Shown here piece by piece: positions 48,257 to 56,261 of a DNA stretch of 64,000 nucleotides. Under the pieces are notes generated by a model that saw nothing but the letters and a program-made list of their open reading frames with translations, had not been told where the DNA came from and ran no database searches. The stretch is from an uncultured Candidatus Saccharibacteria bacterium (GTDB taxonomy: Bacteria > Patescibacteriota > Minisyncoccia > Phycocordibacterales > JAKAEA01): positions 9,424-73,423 of the forward strand of contig CAZFND010000002.1 in NCBI GenBank assembly GCA_964520645.1. The letters run 5' to 3'. The translations under genes and the position numbers were made by a program. The number at the start of each line of letters is the position of its first letter. Position 1 is the stretch's first letter.

Positions 48257-49786
48257 CTACCTTGCAAATTCTATGATTCTTGTCTCTCGAATGACGGTAA
48301 CTTTGATTTCTCCAGGGTACTTGAGCTCACTTTCTATGCGCTGTGCAATGTCTCGAGCAACACTCTTTGCTTCAAGATCTGACATGTCGGCTGGATTGAT
48401 AAAAACCCTTATTTCTCGCCCTGCTTGGAGAGCATAGGCTTTTTCTACTCCCTTGAATGTTGTAGCAATTTTCTCTAAATCTTCGAGACGCTTGAGGTAA
48501 TTTTCGACAGTATCACGTCGTGCACCTGGTCGTGATCCAGAAATAGCATCTGCTGTTTGGACAATGACTGATTCAACAGTTTCATATGGATATTCATTGT
48601 GATGAGCCTGCATTGCCTTTATAATCTCCTCTGATGCACCAAACTTCTGAAGGATTCTTCGTCCGATTTCTACGTGAGTACCTTGTACTTCATGGTCTAC
48701 TGCTTTACCAATGTCATGGAGGAGGGCACCAGCTTTGGCTACTGAGACGTTTGCTCCCAATTCTTCTGCAATAATTCCTGCAACATGGGACATTTCTATA
48801 GAGTGCTGAAGAACGTTTTGGCCATAACTTGTTCTAAAATATAATCTTCCCAAAATGTGAACAATTCTAGGGTCCAAGTTGAAGACCCCACACTCGTATA
48901 CTGCAGCTTCACCCTTTTCTTTAATAGTTTTATTGATTTCATTCTTAGCCTTTTCTACCATTTCCTCAATCTTTGCTGGCTGAATACGGCCATCAGCAAT
49001 GAGTAATTCGAGAGCAACTCTCGCAATCTGTCTTCGTACAGGATTGAATGAAGAGATAGTGATAGAGCCTGGAGTATCATCTATGATAATTTCTACACCA
49101 GTTGCACGCTCAAATGCCTTTATATTTCGCCCTTCTTTTCCAATAATCTTACCTTTTATTTCATCTCCAGGAATTGGTACACTTGTTGCCATAACATCGG
49201 AAGAAACAGAGTTTCCAAGGCGTTGTATAGCGGTCGTAAGGATTTCTTGAGCTCTTTTTTCTAATTTTTCACTAGCCTGATGTTCTAATTTTTGAAGACG
49301 TACTAAGATATCCTCTTCATAATTCTTACTTGCAACCTTAATAAGCTCTTCTTTTGCTTCTTCTGTGCTTAGTCGGGCAATTTTTTCTAATTCTTTGAGC
49401 TTATTACTTTCAAGGCCATCTACTTTTTCTTTAATAGCCTTAATTTCAGCGATTTTTTGCTTAAGATTTTCAACTTCTCCATCAATATCTGTTTGTCGTT
49501 TGTCTAATAATTCTTCTTTTTTAATCAATCGGTCCTCAGTTTTCTTAAGCTTTTCTTCTTTTTCCTTTATTTCTAGCCGTACTTCACGAAGTGTATCGAG
49601 GGATTTCTTTTCAGCTTCAGCTGTTATTCTTTTGGCTTCTTCCTCGGCACCTCCTAATAAATGTTTGATATCTACTTCAATTGAGCTCTTTTTACGAAGC
49701 GCAATGAATATCCGCAAAAAATATCCTCCGACGACTCCACACACACTAGTGAGGAGTACTAAGAGGAATGCTAATGGTAATGACAT
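48257..49786 (-). CDS. rny: ribonuclease Y
   Basis: N-terminal TM, coiled coil, KH (IIGKEGRNIKA) and HD (LLHDIGKA) domains. Confidence 0.85.
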   Translation of the reverse strand: MSLPLAFLLVLLTSVCGVVGGYFLRIFIALRKKSSIEVDIKHLLGGAEEEAKRITAEAEKKSLDTLREVRLEIKEKEEKLKKTEDRLIKKEELLDKRQTDIDGEVENLKQKIAEIKAIKEKVDGLESNKLKELEKIARLSTEEAKEELIKVASKNYEEDILVRLQKLEHQASEKLEKRAQEILTTAIQRLGNSVSSDVMATSVPIPGDEIKGKIIGKEGRNIKAFERATGVEIIIDDTPGSITISSFNPVRRQIARVALELLIADGRIQPAKIEEMVEKAKNEINKTIKEKGEAAVYECGVFNLDPRIVHILGRLYFRTSYGQNVLQHSIEMSHVAGIIAEELGANVSVAKAGALLHDIGKAVDHEVQGTHVEIGRRILQKFGASEEIIKAMQAHHNEYPYETVESVIVQTADAISGSRPGARRDTVENYLKRLEDLEKIATTFKGVEKAYALQAGREIRVFINPADMSDLEAKSVARDIAQRIESELKYPGEIKVTVIRETRIIEFAR

Positions 49787-49984
49787 GTTAAAGCGATACT
49801 TCGCCTTTTATACTGTAGAAGTAAGAGTAAATAGAATATGAAGTTTCAGTATGTTGGAATTTTTCATTCGAGTTTCTTGAGTACAATTACTGCCGCGCAT
49901 CAAAGCAAAGCCATCAATTAAATCTGATTAATGGCTTCATCATACAAGAATTATGAAACATTGTCTAATTAGACAGAAAAGATA

Positions 49985-50554
49985 CTAGAAAACTTTGTCG
50001 ATAATACCGTATTTCTTAGCCTCATCTGCGTCCATGAAATAGTCACGGTCAACATCTTTCTCTATCTGAGCAACAGATTTGCCGGTATTTTCTGCGAGAA
50101 TCTTATTAAGTCGCTCTCGAGTCTTGATAATTTGCTTTGCGGTAATCTCAATATCAGAAGCACGTCCTTCGGCACCGCCCCAAGGCTGGTGAATCATGAT
50201 TTCTGAGTTTGGAAGGGCAAATCGCTTACCTTTCTTACCAGCAGAGAGGAGAAGTGCGCCTGCAGAAGCTGCAATCCCTACGCACACAGTAGAAACATCA
50301 GGCTTAATGTGGTTCATGGTATCAAGAATAGCCAACGCAGATGTTACTGATCCTCCAGGAGAGTTGATATAAAGAGAAATATCTTTCTTTGGATCTTCTG
50401 ATTGAAGGAAAAGAAGCTGGGCGATGATAATATTAGCTACATTGTCGTCTATTGGGCCAGCAAGGAAAATAAGTCGCTCTCGGAGCAATCGTGAGTAAAT
50501 GTCATAGGCTCGCTCGCCAAATTGTGATTTTTCGATAACTGTTGGGATTAACAT
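49985..50554 (-). CDS. clpP: ATP-dependent Clp protease proteolytic subunit
   Basis: [11 protein letters not shown] (Ser), IMIHQP (His) catalytic motifs. Confidence 0.9.
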   Translation of the reverse strand: MLIPTVIEKSQFGERAYDIYSRLLRERLIFLAGPIDDNVANIIIAQLLFLQSEDPKKDISLYINSPGGSVTSALAILDTMNHIKPDVSTVCVGIAASAGALLLSAGKKGKRFALPNSEIMIHQPWGGAEGRASDIEITAKQIIKTRERLNKILAENTGKSVAQIEKDVDRDYFMDADEAKKYGIIDKVF

Positions 50555-50627
50555 AGGTTATTTATATATATAAGTGAATGGGGACAGTATACTATTGGGG
50601 AGAAGTTTTGCAAATTATGCATAAATA

Positions 50628-50663
50628 CCGCCTCACCCTAGCCCTCTCCTTACCAGGAGAGGG
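50628..50663. repeat. GC-rich palindromic element copy 3 (CCGCCTCACCC-tag-CCCTCTCCTTACCAGGAGAGGG)
   Basis: Same family as 7234-7289/7696-7744/56147-56184. Confidence 0.7.
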
Positions 50664-50683
50664 AAGTCTTAGCTTTTACTGTA

Positions 50684-51067
50684 GTGTTACGCTATAATCT
50701 TCTCATGACTCGATTAATTTCATTTATCGCTGGTATAGTACTTATTATTTTCTCAGTTGGGTATAGTTATTTATTTGGTAAAACGCATGATAGTCTTGAG
50801 GTTCTTACAATAGCAGGAATTCCTTTAATTATAGGTTTGTTTTTATCTCTTGTTCCTGCTATTTCTTATCTATTTAGAAATAATAAAAATCTTACTAAAA
50901 GTGTACACCCAGCAATAATATGGGGAATTTGGTTAGTTTTGTATGTTACTACTCCATTATCTGGTAATTACATGTTTATTGTAGGAAATGCCGCTCGAGT
51001 TTTCTTTGTGGTAGGAGTTTTATCTTTAATTACTTACCTAATGAATTCAAGAAAGAACACTAATTAA
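50684..51067 (+). CDS. small membrane protein (4 TM), unknown function
   Basis: Hydrophobic ORF; start codon uncertain. Confidence 0.35.
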   Translation: MLRYNLLMTRLISFIAGIVLIIFSVGYSYLFGKTHDSLEVLTIAGIPLIIGLFLSLVPAISYLFRNNKNLTKSVHPAIIWGIWLVLYVTTPLSGNYMFIVGNAARVFFVVGVLSLITYLMNSRKNTN

Positions 51068-51070
51068 TAC

Positions 51071-51826
51071 ATGCGTCTCCATCGATTTTTCATAGAAGAG
51101 CAGCTTCGCAATAAAAAAGAGATTACTATCTTGGAAGAAGAGCTTCTTCATCAGCTCAAGCATGTATTCAGGCTTAATGCTGGAGACAAGCTTATTCTTC
51201 TTGATAATTCTGGCTATGAGTACATGTCAGAAATCCTTTTGCTTACGAAGAGCAAAGCTGAAATAAAGATACTTAGTTCTGATCTTTCAGAAAACATTCC
51301 CAATACAGATAAAGAAGTGTGGCTTTTTGCATCTTTAATAAAGAAAGATAATTTTGAATGGATTATAGAAAAAACGACAGAACTTGGAATTTCGCATATT
51401 GTCCCAGTAATATCAGCTCGTACAGAAAAGAAAGAACTTAATATAGAACGAGCGCATAAGATTATAAAAGAAGCATCTGAACAGTCAGGAAGGGGAATAA
51501 TGCCTCTTTTACATGATACGAGAAATTTAGAGGATGCTATTGCGCATGCTCAAGAGCAAAATATTAATTTAATAGCATTTCATCTTGATGGTGATGCTTT
51601 TAATTTAGATCATGTATTACATAACCAGAGTAAGTTAGAAAAATCTTTAGGCATTTCATCGGAACATAAAAAATCGGGAATTCTTATTGGCCCAGAAGGA
51701 GGATGGAGTGATAATGAAATTCTATTATTTAAAACAAAAAATATACCCATCTATTCTATGGGCAAACAAGTGCTAAGAACTGAAACAGCGGCGATTGCAA
51801 TTTGTGCACTTATCTTATTAAAATAA
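51071..51826 (+). CDS. rsmE: 16S rRNA (uracil1498-N3)-methyltransferase RsmE
   Basis: MRLHRFFIEE N-terminus, PUA-like then SPOUT domain pattern (GPEGGWSDNE). Confidence 0.7.
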   Translation: MRLHRFFIEEQLRNKKEITILEEELLHQLKHVFRLNAGDKLILLDNSGYEYMSEILLLTKSKAEIKILSSDLSENIPNTDKEVWLFASLIKKDNFEWIIEKTTELGISHIVPVISARTEKKELNIERAHKIIKEASEQSGRGIMPLLHDTRNLEDAIAHAQEQNINLIAFHLDGDAFNLDHVLHNQSKLEKSLGISSEHKKSGILIGPEGGWSDNEILLFKTKNIPIYSMGKQVLRTETAAIAICALILLK

Positions 51827-51836
51827 ATACAGTATA

Positions 51837-52049
51837 ATGTTGAGTATGAAAAGCATAAAATTAGTATCTTTATTAGCAGTTGTATTTGTAATTGTAGACA
51901 TCATCATTCTTACTATTTTAAAAATAATGGGAAGTATTGATGCGACTCAATATACAGATACACTGACTAAATCATTAAGTATACTTGGTGTTGTCTATGT
52001 CGGTGTTCTTGTAATTTCTCTTGTTCTAAGTTTCTTCAGTTCTAAATAA
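51837..52049 (+). CDS. small two-TM membrane protein
   Basis: 70 aa hydrophobic ORF. Confidence 0.3.
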   Translation: MLSMKSIKLVSLLAVVFVIVDIIILTILKIMGSIDATQYTDTLTKSLSILGVVYVGVLVISLVLSFFSSK

Positions 52050-52130
52050 TTGACTTATCTTATTTAAGTTGTATAGTGTTATTGGAGTGAGTTTAATTAT
52101 ATAATCTTCATTAAGAAGGGAGTGTACCTT

Positions 52131-52409
52131 TTGACGACTGACTACAAAGAGTTTCCGACTGGCAGTAAGTGGGAGAGAGAGTATCGACAGAGAATCAAGG
52201 CAATTGTTGATCGAGCAAGGGCAGAAGAGGAGGCGAAGAAGGCAGGAATACCCAATACCACCGTTGAGATCAATCCTGAGCAGCAACCTCAGACACCAAT
52301 GCCGCCTCGATCGAAGATATCTCCCCAAAAAGTCTTGGCAATTTTGGGCGCAGAGAATCCGAAGATCCGTTGTGCTCGTCGTAGGACAGATGATCTTCCG
52401 AAAAAATGA
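52131..52409 (+). CDS. small basic protein (paralog 1) in GC-elevated islet
   Basis: TTG start 9 nt after SD AAGAAGGGAG (alternative GTG 52122); C-terminal KVLAILGAENPKIRCARRR shared with paralog 2; own GC-rich terminator. Confidence 0.4.
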   Translation: MTTDYKEFPTGSKWEREYRQRIKAIVDRARAEEEAKKAGIPNTTVEINPEQQPQTPMPPRSKISPQKVLAILGAENPKIRCARRRTDDLPKK

Positions 52410-52418
52410 ATACCAATA

Positions 52419-52450
52419 GGCCCGGGATGTAATCCCGGGCCAGTTTTTAT
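52419..52450 (+). terminator. GC-rich intrinsic terminator GGCCCGGGAT-gtaa-TCCCGGGCC + AGTTTTTAT
   Basis: 9-10 bp perfect stem plus T-run. Confidence 0.7.
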
Positions 52451-52557
52451 GTAAAGATCGTTACAAGTTGTTAATTGACTAAGTGTTTTTTAGTTGTAAA
52501 CTCTACAATAGATTTCTAAGGTATTATTCATTCACTTTCTTGTTGAAAGGATTCGGC

Positions 52558-52872
52558 ATGGCGAAGTGTCCTCGATGTGGCATGGAGCGGAAGAGAGGGC
52601 GACACATCTGCATCAATCCCACGGTTCCTCCTCGTTTGTCCAAATCGCAACGAAAGCTGAAGAAAGCAAGGGAAAGAAGAAGGGAAGAGGCTGCTGAACG
52701 TGAACAAAGAGTGGCAGCACTCATACAGAGCCAAAAGGTAGATCCTAATGAGCTTCGTTCTTGGAAATTTACCAAAACGCAGCTGCCACCCAAGCAACCG
52801 CCTTATGCAAAGGTTGTTGCAATTCTGAAAGCTGGAACACCTGCCGAAAGACAAGCACGAAAACGTGCGTAA
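52558..52872 (+). CDS. small basic zinc-ribbon-like protein (paralog 2)
   Basis: MAKCPRCG… N-terminus after AAAGGA SD; Arg/Lys-rich; C-terminal KVVAILKAGTPAERQARKRA similar to paralog 1. Confidence 0.45.
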   Translation: MAKCPRCGMERKRGRHICINPTVPPRLSKSQRKLKKARERRREEAAEREQRVAALIQSQKVDPNELRSWKFTKTQLPPKQPPYAKVVAILKAGTPAERQARKRA

Positions 52873-52886
52873 TCTGTTCAATCACA

Positions 52887-52916
52887 AACCCCACGCATGT
52901 GCGTGGGGTTTATTTT
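52887..52916 (+). terminator. GC-rich intrinsic terminator AACCCCACGCA-tg-TGCGTGGGGTT + TATTTTAT
   Basis: 11 bp perfect stem plus T-run. Confidence 0.7.
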
Positions 52917-52927
52917 ATATTTAGATT

Positions 52928-53989
52928 TTATTTTTGACTCTCCAACATCAGTATTACTTTTTCGCGGGTGAGAGTTGTATTGAGATATGTATTGATTGCG
53001 AGGGGATCGGCATCTTTGTATTGTGCCATGAGATGCTTAGCTTCGTGCTCAATAGTTTCTTTGTCGGCACTAATTTTTTCTTGAACAGCTATTGTATCAA
53101 GAATGACACTAAGCTTTGCTCGCTTTTCTGCATCGGGCAACCATTCTTTTCGTAAATCTTCAGGAGTCTTTTTGATATGCTTTAGGTAGTCTTCTACTTT
53201 GAGGCCCATACCCATGATATCTCCTTCAAACTGAGCAAACATTCTCTGAAGTTCGTTATCTATAAGTATTTGGGGAAGCTTAACATCGGTATCTGCAACG
53301 AGTTTTTCAAGAAGTTTAATTCGCTTCTTTTCTTTTGTGCGATGTTCTTTTTCTTTAAGAAGATTTTCTTTTGCTTTTGCCTTAAAGTCTGCAACATCAG
53401 TAAAGTTACCAAGAGTTTTTACAAACTCATCGTTGAATTCGGGCATATGCTTTGCAGTCTCTTCTTCAGAGTGATTGTGACCGGCATCTTTATTTACTTT
53501 ATGAAATTCTTGATGCGCTTTTTGTTTTCGTACTTCGGTAATAACATCTTCAATCTCTTTGTCAGTCACTTCGATCTTTTCATCTTTTTCTGCCATTTCT
53601 TTCTTGGCAATTTTTTTAAAATCAGGAAGTTTTACTTCAGGCATGACTGCAATTTTGATTTTGAATTCGATAGGATTGCCAGGAGCGAGCTTGGTAATTC
53701 CAATCTGTGGGCGACCAATAAAGTTGGGTGCATTTTTTTCAATAATCTCAGGAGCAACATCTTTGAATGCCATTTCTGCAGCTTCTTCAAGAATGTAAAT
53801 TTCTCCAACTTTTTCTACCAATACTTTTTCTGGAATATGACCCTTTCTAAATCCAGGAACATTGATACTCTCGCCAATATCTTTGAGAGCTTTTTTTCTA
53901 TATTCAGGAATAGCAGCAAGAGTAATTTCACCCGTGATTTCTACTTCAGAATTTTCTGTTTTTGTTACTTTTATGTTTTCGTATTTCAT
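52928..53989 (-). CDS. tig: trigger factor lacking the central PPIase (FKBP) domain
   Basis: N-terminal ribosome-binding domain with GFRKGHIP signature joined directly to C-terminal chaperone domain; 353 aa vs ~430 canonical. Confidence 0.7.
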   Translation of the reverse strand: MKYENIKVTKTENSEVEITGEITLAAIPEYRKKALKDIGESINVPGFRKGHIPEKVLVEKVGEIYILEEAAEMAFKDVAPEIIEKNAPNFIGRPQIGITKLAPGNPIEFKIKIAVMPEVKLPDFKKIAKKEMAEKDEKIEVTDKEIEDVITEVRKQKAHQEFHKVNKDAGHNHSEEETAKHMPEFNDEFVKTLGNFTDVADFKAKAKENLLKEKEHRTKEKKRIKLLEKLVADTDVKLPQILIDNELQRMFAQFEGDIMGMGLKVEDYLKHIKKTPEDLRKEWLPDAEKRAKLSVILDTIAVQEKISADKETIEHEAKHLMAQYKDADPLAINTYLNTTLTREKVILMLESQK

Positions 53990-54010
53990 ACTAGCGTTTC
54001 TTTAGTGTTC

Positions 54011-54547
54011 TTATTTTTTATATTTAGTTTGGTAGAGTGAGATAGATTTTTTTACCGCTTCGAGTGCTGCCTTTTTGTCCATAACACTATTGATAGTAAC
54101 AGGAGCAGGCTTACCCTTGAGTTGCTTGTATGTTTCAAAGAAATGAGTAAATTCTTTGATCATGTGCTTGTTGAGATCAGGAAGATCTTGAGTATCATCC
54201 CATCGCTTATCTTCAACAGGGACAGCAATAACTTTGTAATCAGAATCTCCAGAATCAGTCATATCCATCACTGCTACAGGGCGCACTCTTACAAGAATAC
54301 CTGGAGCGAGAGGGAATGTAGTGAGGACGATCACATCAAGTGGATCTCCATCATCCCACAATGTCTGTGGAACATATCCATAATCAAATGGGTAGGGAGC
54401 GTACGAATAATTTGCTCGATCAAGTGCGATGAGACCTGTTTCTTTGTCGATCTCATACTTGTTAAAAGAACCCTTTGGAATTTCGATAATCGTATTAAAT
54501 TCCTCTGGAATTTTTTTACCGGCTGAAACATCGTGCCATAGATTCAT
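54011..54547 (-). CDS. ppa: inorganic pyrophosphatase
   Basis: Family I PPase pattern (DPLDVIVL, YKVIAVPVED). Confidence 0.85.
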   Translation of the reverse strand: MNLWHDVSAGKKIPEEFNTIIEIPKGSFNKYEIDKETGLIALDRANYSYAPYPFDYGYVPQTLWDDGDPLDVIVLTTFPLAPGILVRVRPVAVMDMTDSGDSDYKVIAVPVEDKRWDDTQDLPDLNKHMIKEFTHFFETYKQLKGKPAPVTINSVMDKKAALEAVKKSISLYQTKYKK

Positions 54548-54574
54548 GATATTTTTTAATTATTTTGTAATTAA

Positions 54575-55792
54575 TTATTCTGCGTCTACGTTTGCGTTGA
54601 AGTCTTTCAAATCTTTGAACCCCGCGTCTGCATCTGCAGGTTTTTTACCTTCTCCTTGTGCACTTCCTAGATTTTCTCCTTTTACTGATTGGATATCAAT
54701 TCTCCATCCTGTGAGCTTAGCTGCAAGGCGAACGTTTTGTCCTCCTTTACCAATAGCGAGAGACTGCTGATCTTCTGATACTTGTACTTGAGCTGTTTTT
54801 TCAGCTTCATTTACAGAGACACTTAATACTTTTGCAGGAGAAAGAGCATCTTCGATAAATTGCTTTGGATCTGCTGCCCATTCAATAATATCAATTTTTT
54901 CTCCACCGAGTTCACTCATAACTGTAGATACCCGTACTCCTCGCTGACCTACAAGAGATCCAACAGGATCAATATGAGAGTCAGTTGAATGTACTGCAAT
55001 CTTTGTTCGAGATCCTGCTTCACGAGCAACTGCTTTTATTTCTACAGTTCCAGCTGCAATTTCGGGAGCTTCAGTTTCAAAAAGCTTGATTAAGAATTTT
55101 GGATGAGAACGTGAAAGTCTCAAAAAGATTCCACGAGGAGTTTCTTCTACTCTGTAGAGATATGCTCGAAGTCGTTCACCTTGTCGATATCGTTCACCAG
55201 GAATTTGTTCTTCATAAGGAAGAATTCCACTTGCGCGGCCCATATCAACGAAAATGTTTCCTCGTTCGATTCTCTGAACAGTTCCAGAGACAATTTCACC
55301 TTCTCGCTTTCCGAATTCTCCAAGAACAGAAACTTTTTCTGCTTCACGAATCTTTTGGATAATAACCTGCTTTGCTGTCTGAGAAGCGATGCGGCCATAA
55401 TCATCTTTCATTTCAAGAGGGAAAACTACTTCTTCATCAATCTGAGCGTCCTTTTTAATTTTTCGAGCATCATTTAAGAGAATATGATGTTCTGGGTTGA
55501 AAATAATTTTATCATTCTCATCTTCTTTGATTTCAGGAATTTCGGGGATAGAACCGTCTTCATTTGGCATGATGATGTCTTTTTCATCCACGACAATTTT
55601 GACCTGATAGAATTCAGTCTTACCTGATTCAATATCAAATTTTGCCCGGACAATCTGTCCTTTTTTACCGTAGTCCTTTCGGTATGCGGTAGCGAGGGCA
55701 GCTTCAATAGCTTCAAGAATCTTAGCTTTTGGAATGCCTCGTTCTTCTTCGAGCTGATCGAGCACAGAGTGTATTACTTTTAAGTCAAACAT
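54575..55792 (-). CDS. nusA: transcription termination/antitermination factor NusA
   Basis: N-terminal domain, S1 and two KH domains (IGKGGQNVRLA). Confidence 0.85.
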   Translation of the reverse strand: MFDLKVIHSVLDQLEEERGIPKAKILEAIEAALATAYRKDYGKKGQIVRAKFDIESGKTEFYQVKIVVDEKDIIMPNEDGSIPEIPEIKEDENDKIIFNPEHHILLNDARKIKKDAQIDEEVVFPLEMKDDYGRIASQTAKQVIIQKIREAEKVSVLGEFGKREGEIVSGTVQRIERGNIFVDMGRASGILPYEEQIPGERYRQGERLRAYLYRVEETPRGIFLRLSRSHPKFLIKLFETEAPEIAAGTVEIKAVAREAGSRTKIAVHSTDSHIDPVGSLVGQRGVRVSTVMSELGGEKIDIIEWAADPKQFIEDALSPAKVLSVSVNEAEKTAQVQVSEDQQSLAIGKGGQNVRLAAKLTGWRIDIQSVKGENLGSAQGEGKKPADADAGFKDLKDFNANVDAE

Positions 55793-55899
55793 TATAATTT
55801 TTATTAATTTTTTAAAAAAAATGGCCCGCCGTGAGGCGAACTTGATTCCATAATAATAGGCTGGATTGGCGATTTTGTCAATCTTTAGTATTTAACCAA

Positions 55900-56100
55900 A
55901 AAATAGCCCCCGTCGACACTTGTCGAACGGGGGCAGAGATGTGAGCTTCACGGGATGCGGGAATGTCTGGCTTTGCGTAAGCCCGCGCTTACGATACCTG
56001 CCAGGATCACCAATGCGGTCAGGAACAGTCCCATTGTCTTCACTCCATGAATAAGCCAGCGCGCAACCGTGCGCGCTTACAAAAGAGCTTACGTACTCGA
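55900..56100 (-). ncRNA. candidate GC-rich structured RNA (unknown class) with promoter and intrinsic terminator, upstream of nusA
   Basis: Minus strand: TTGACT-N17-TACATT promoter near 56105-56135; several GC-rich hairpins; ends with GCCCCCGUUCGACA-agug-UCGACGGGGGC + U6 at ~55905-55941. No credible ORF. Confidence 0.3.
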
Positions 56101-56146
56101 GCAATGTAACATTGTATTTGATAATAGTCAAGTTATATAACCATAA

Positions 56147-56184
56147 CGCCTCACCCCTGGCCCCTCTCCTTACCAGGAGAGGGG
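56147..56184. repeat. GC-rich palindromic element copy 4 (CGCCTCACCC-ctgg-CCCCTCTCCTTACCAGGAGAGGGG)
   Basis: Same family as other three copies. Confidence 0.7.
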
Positions 56185-56261
56185 AAGTGGTTTTGTACTT
56201 GTCCCCACAGTCCTACAATCAATAGAAGAGTAAATTTGTTATACTTAAAGAAACTATCTCT

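Noticed and set aside
52524-52881. Minus-strand ORFs antisense to the paralogous small basic protein genes
   Set aside because: GC-elevated region yields long antisense frames. The plus-strand ORFs have SD sequences, shared motifs and terminators
53270-54040. 256 aa plus-strand ORF rich in Phe/Cys/Asn
   Set aside because: Antisense to tig and ppa with low-complexity composition typical of AT-rich antisense frames
55890-56140. Identification of the GC-rich RNA as SRP RNA, tmRNA or RNase P RNA
   Set aside because: None of the conserved signatures found (SRP domain IV GGAAGGAAGCAGC; tmRNA tRNA-like end with GGTTCGATTCC…CCA; RNase P P4 motifs). Class left open
7234-56184. Possibility that the four repeat copies form a CRISPR array
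   Set aside because: Only four copies, tens of kb apart, mixed orientation, no regular spacer length and no cas genes
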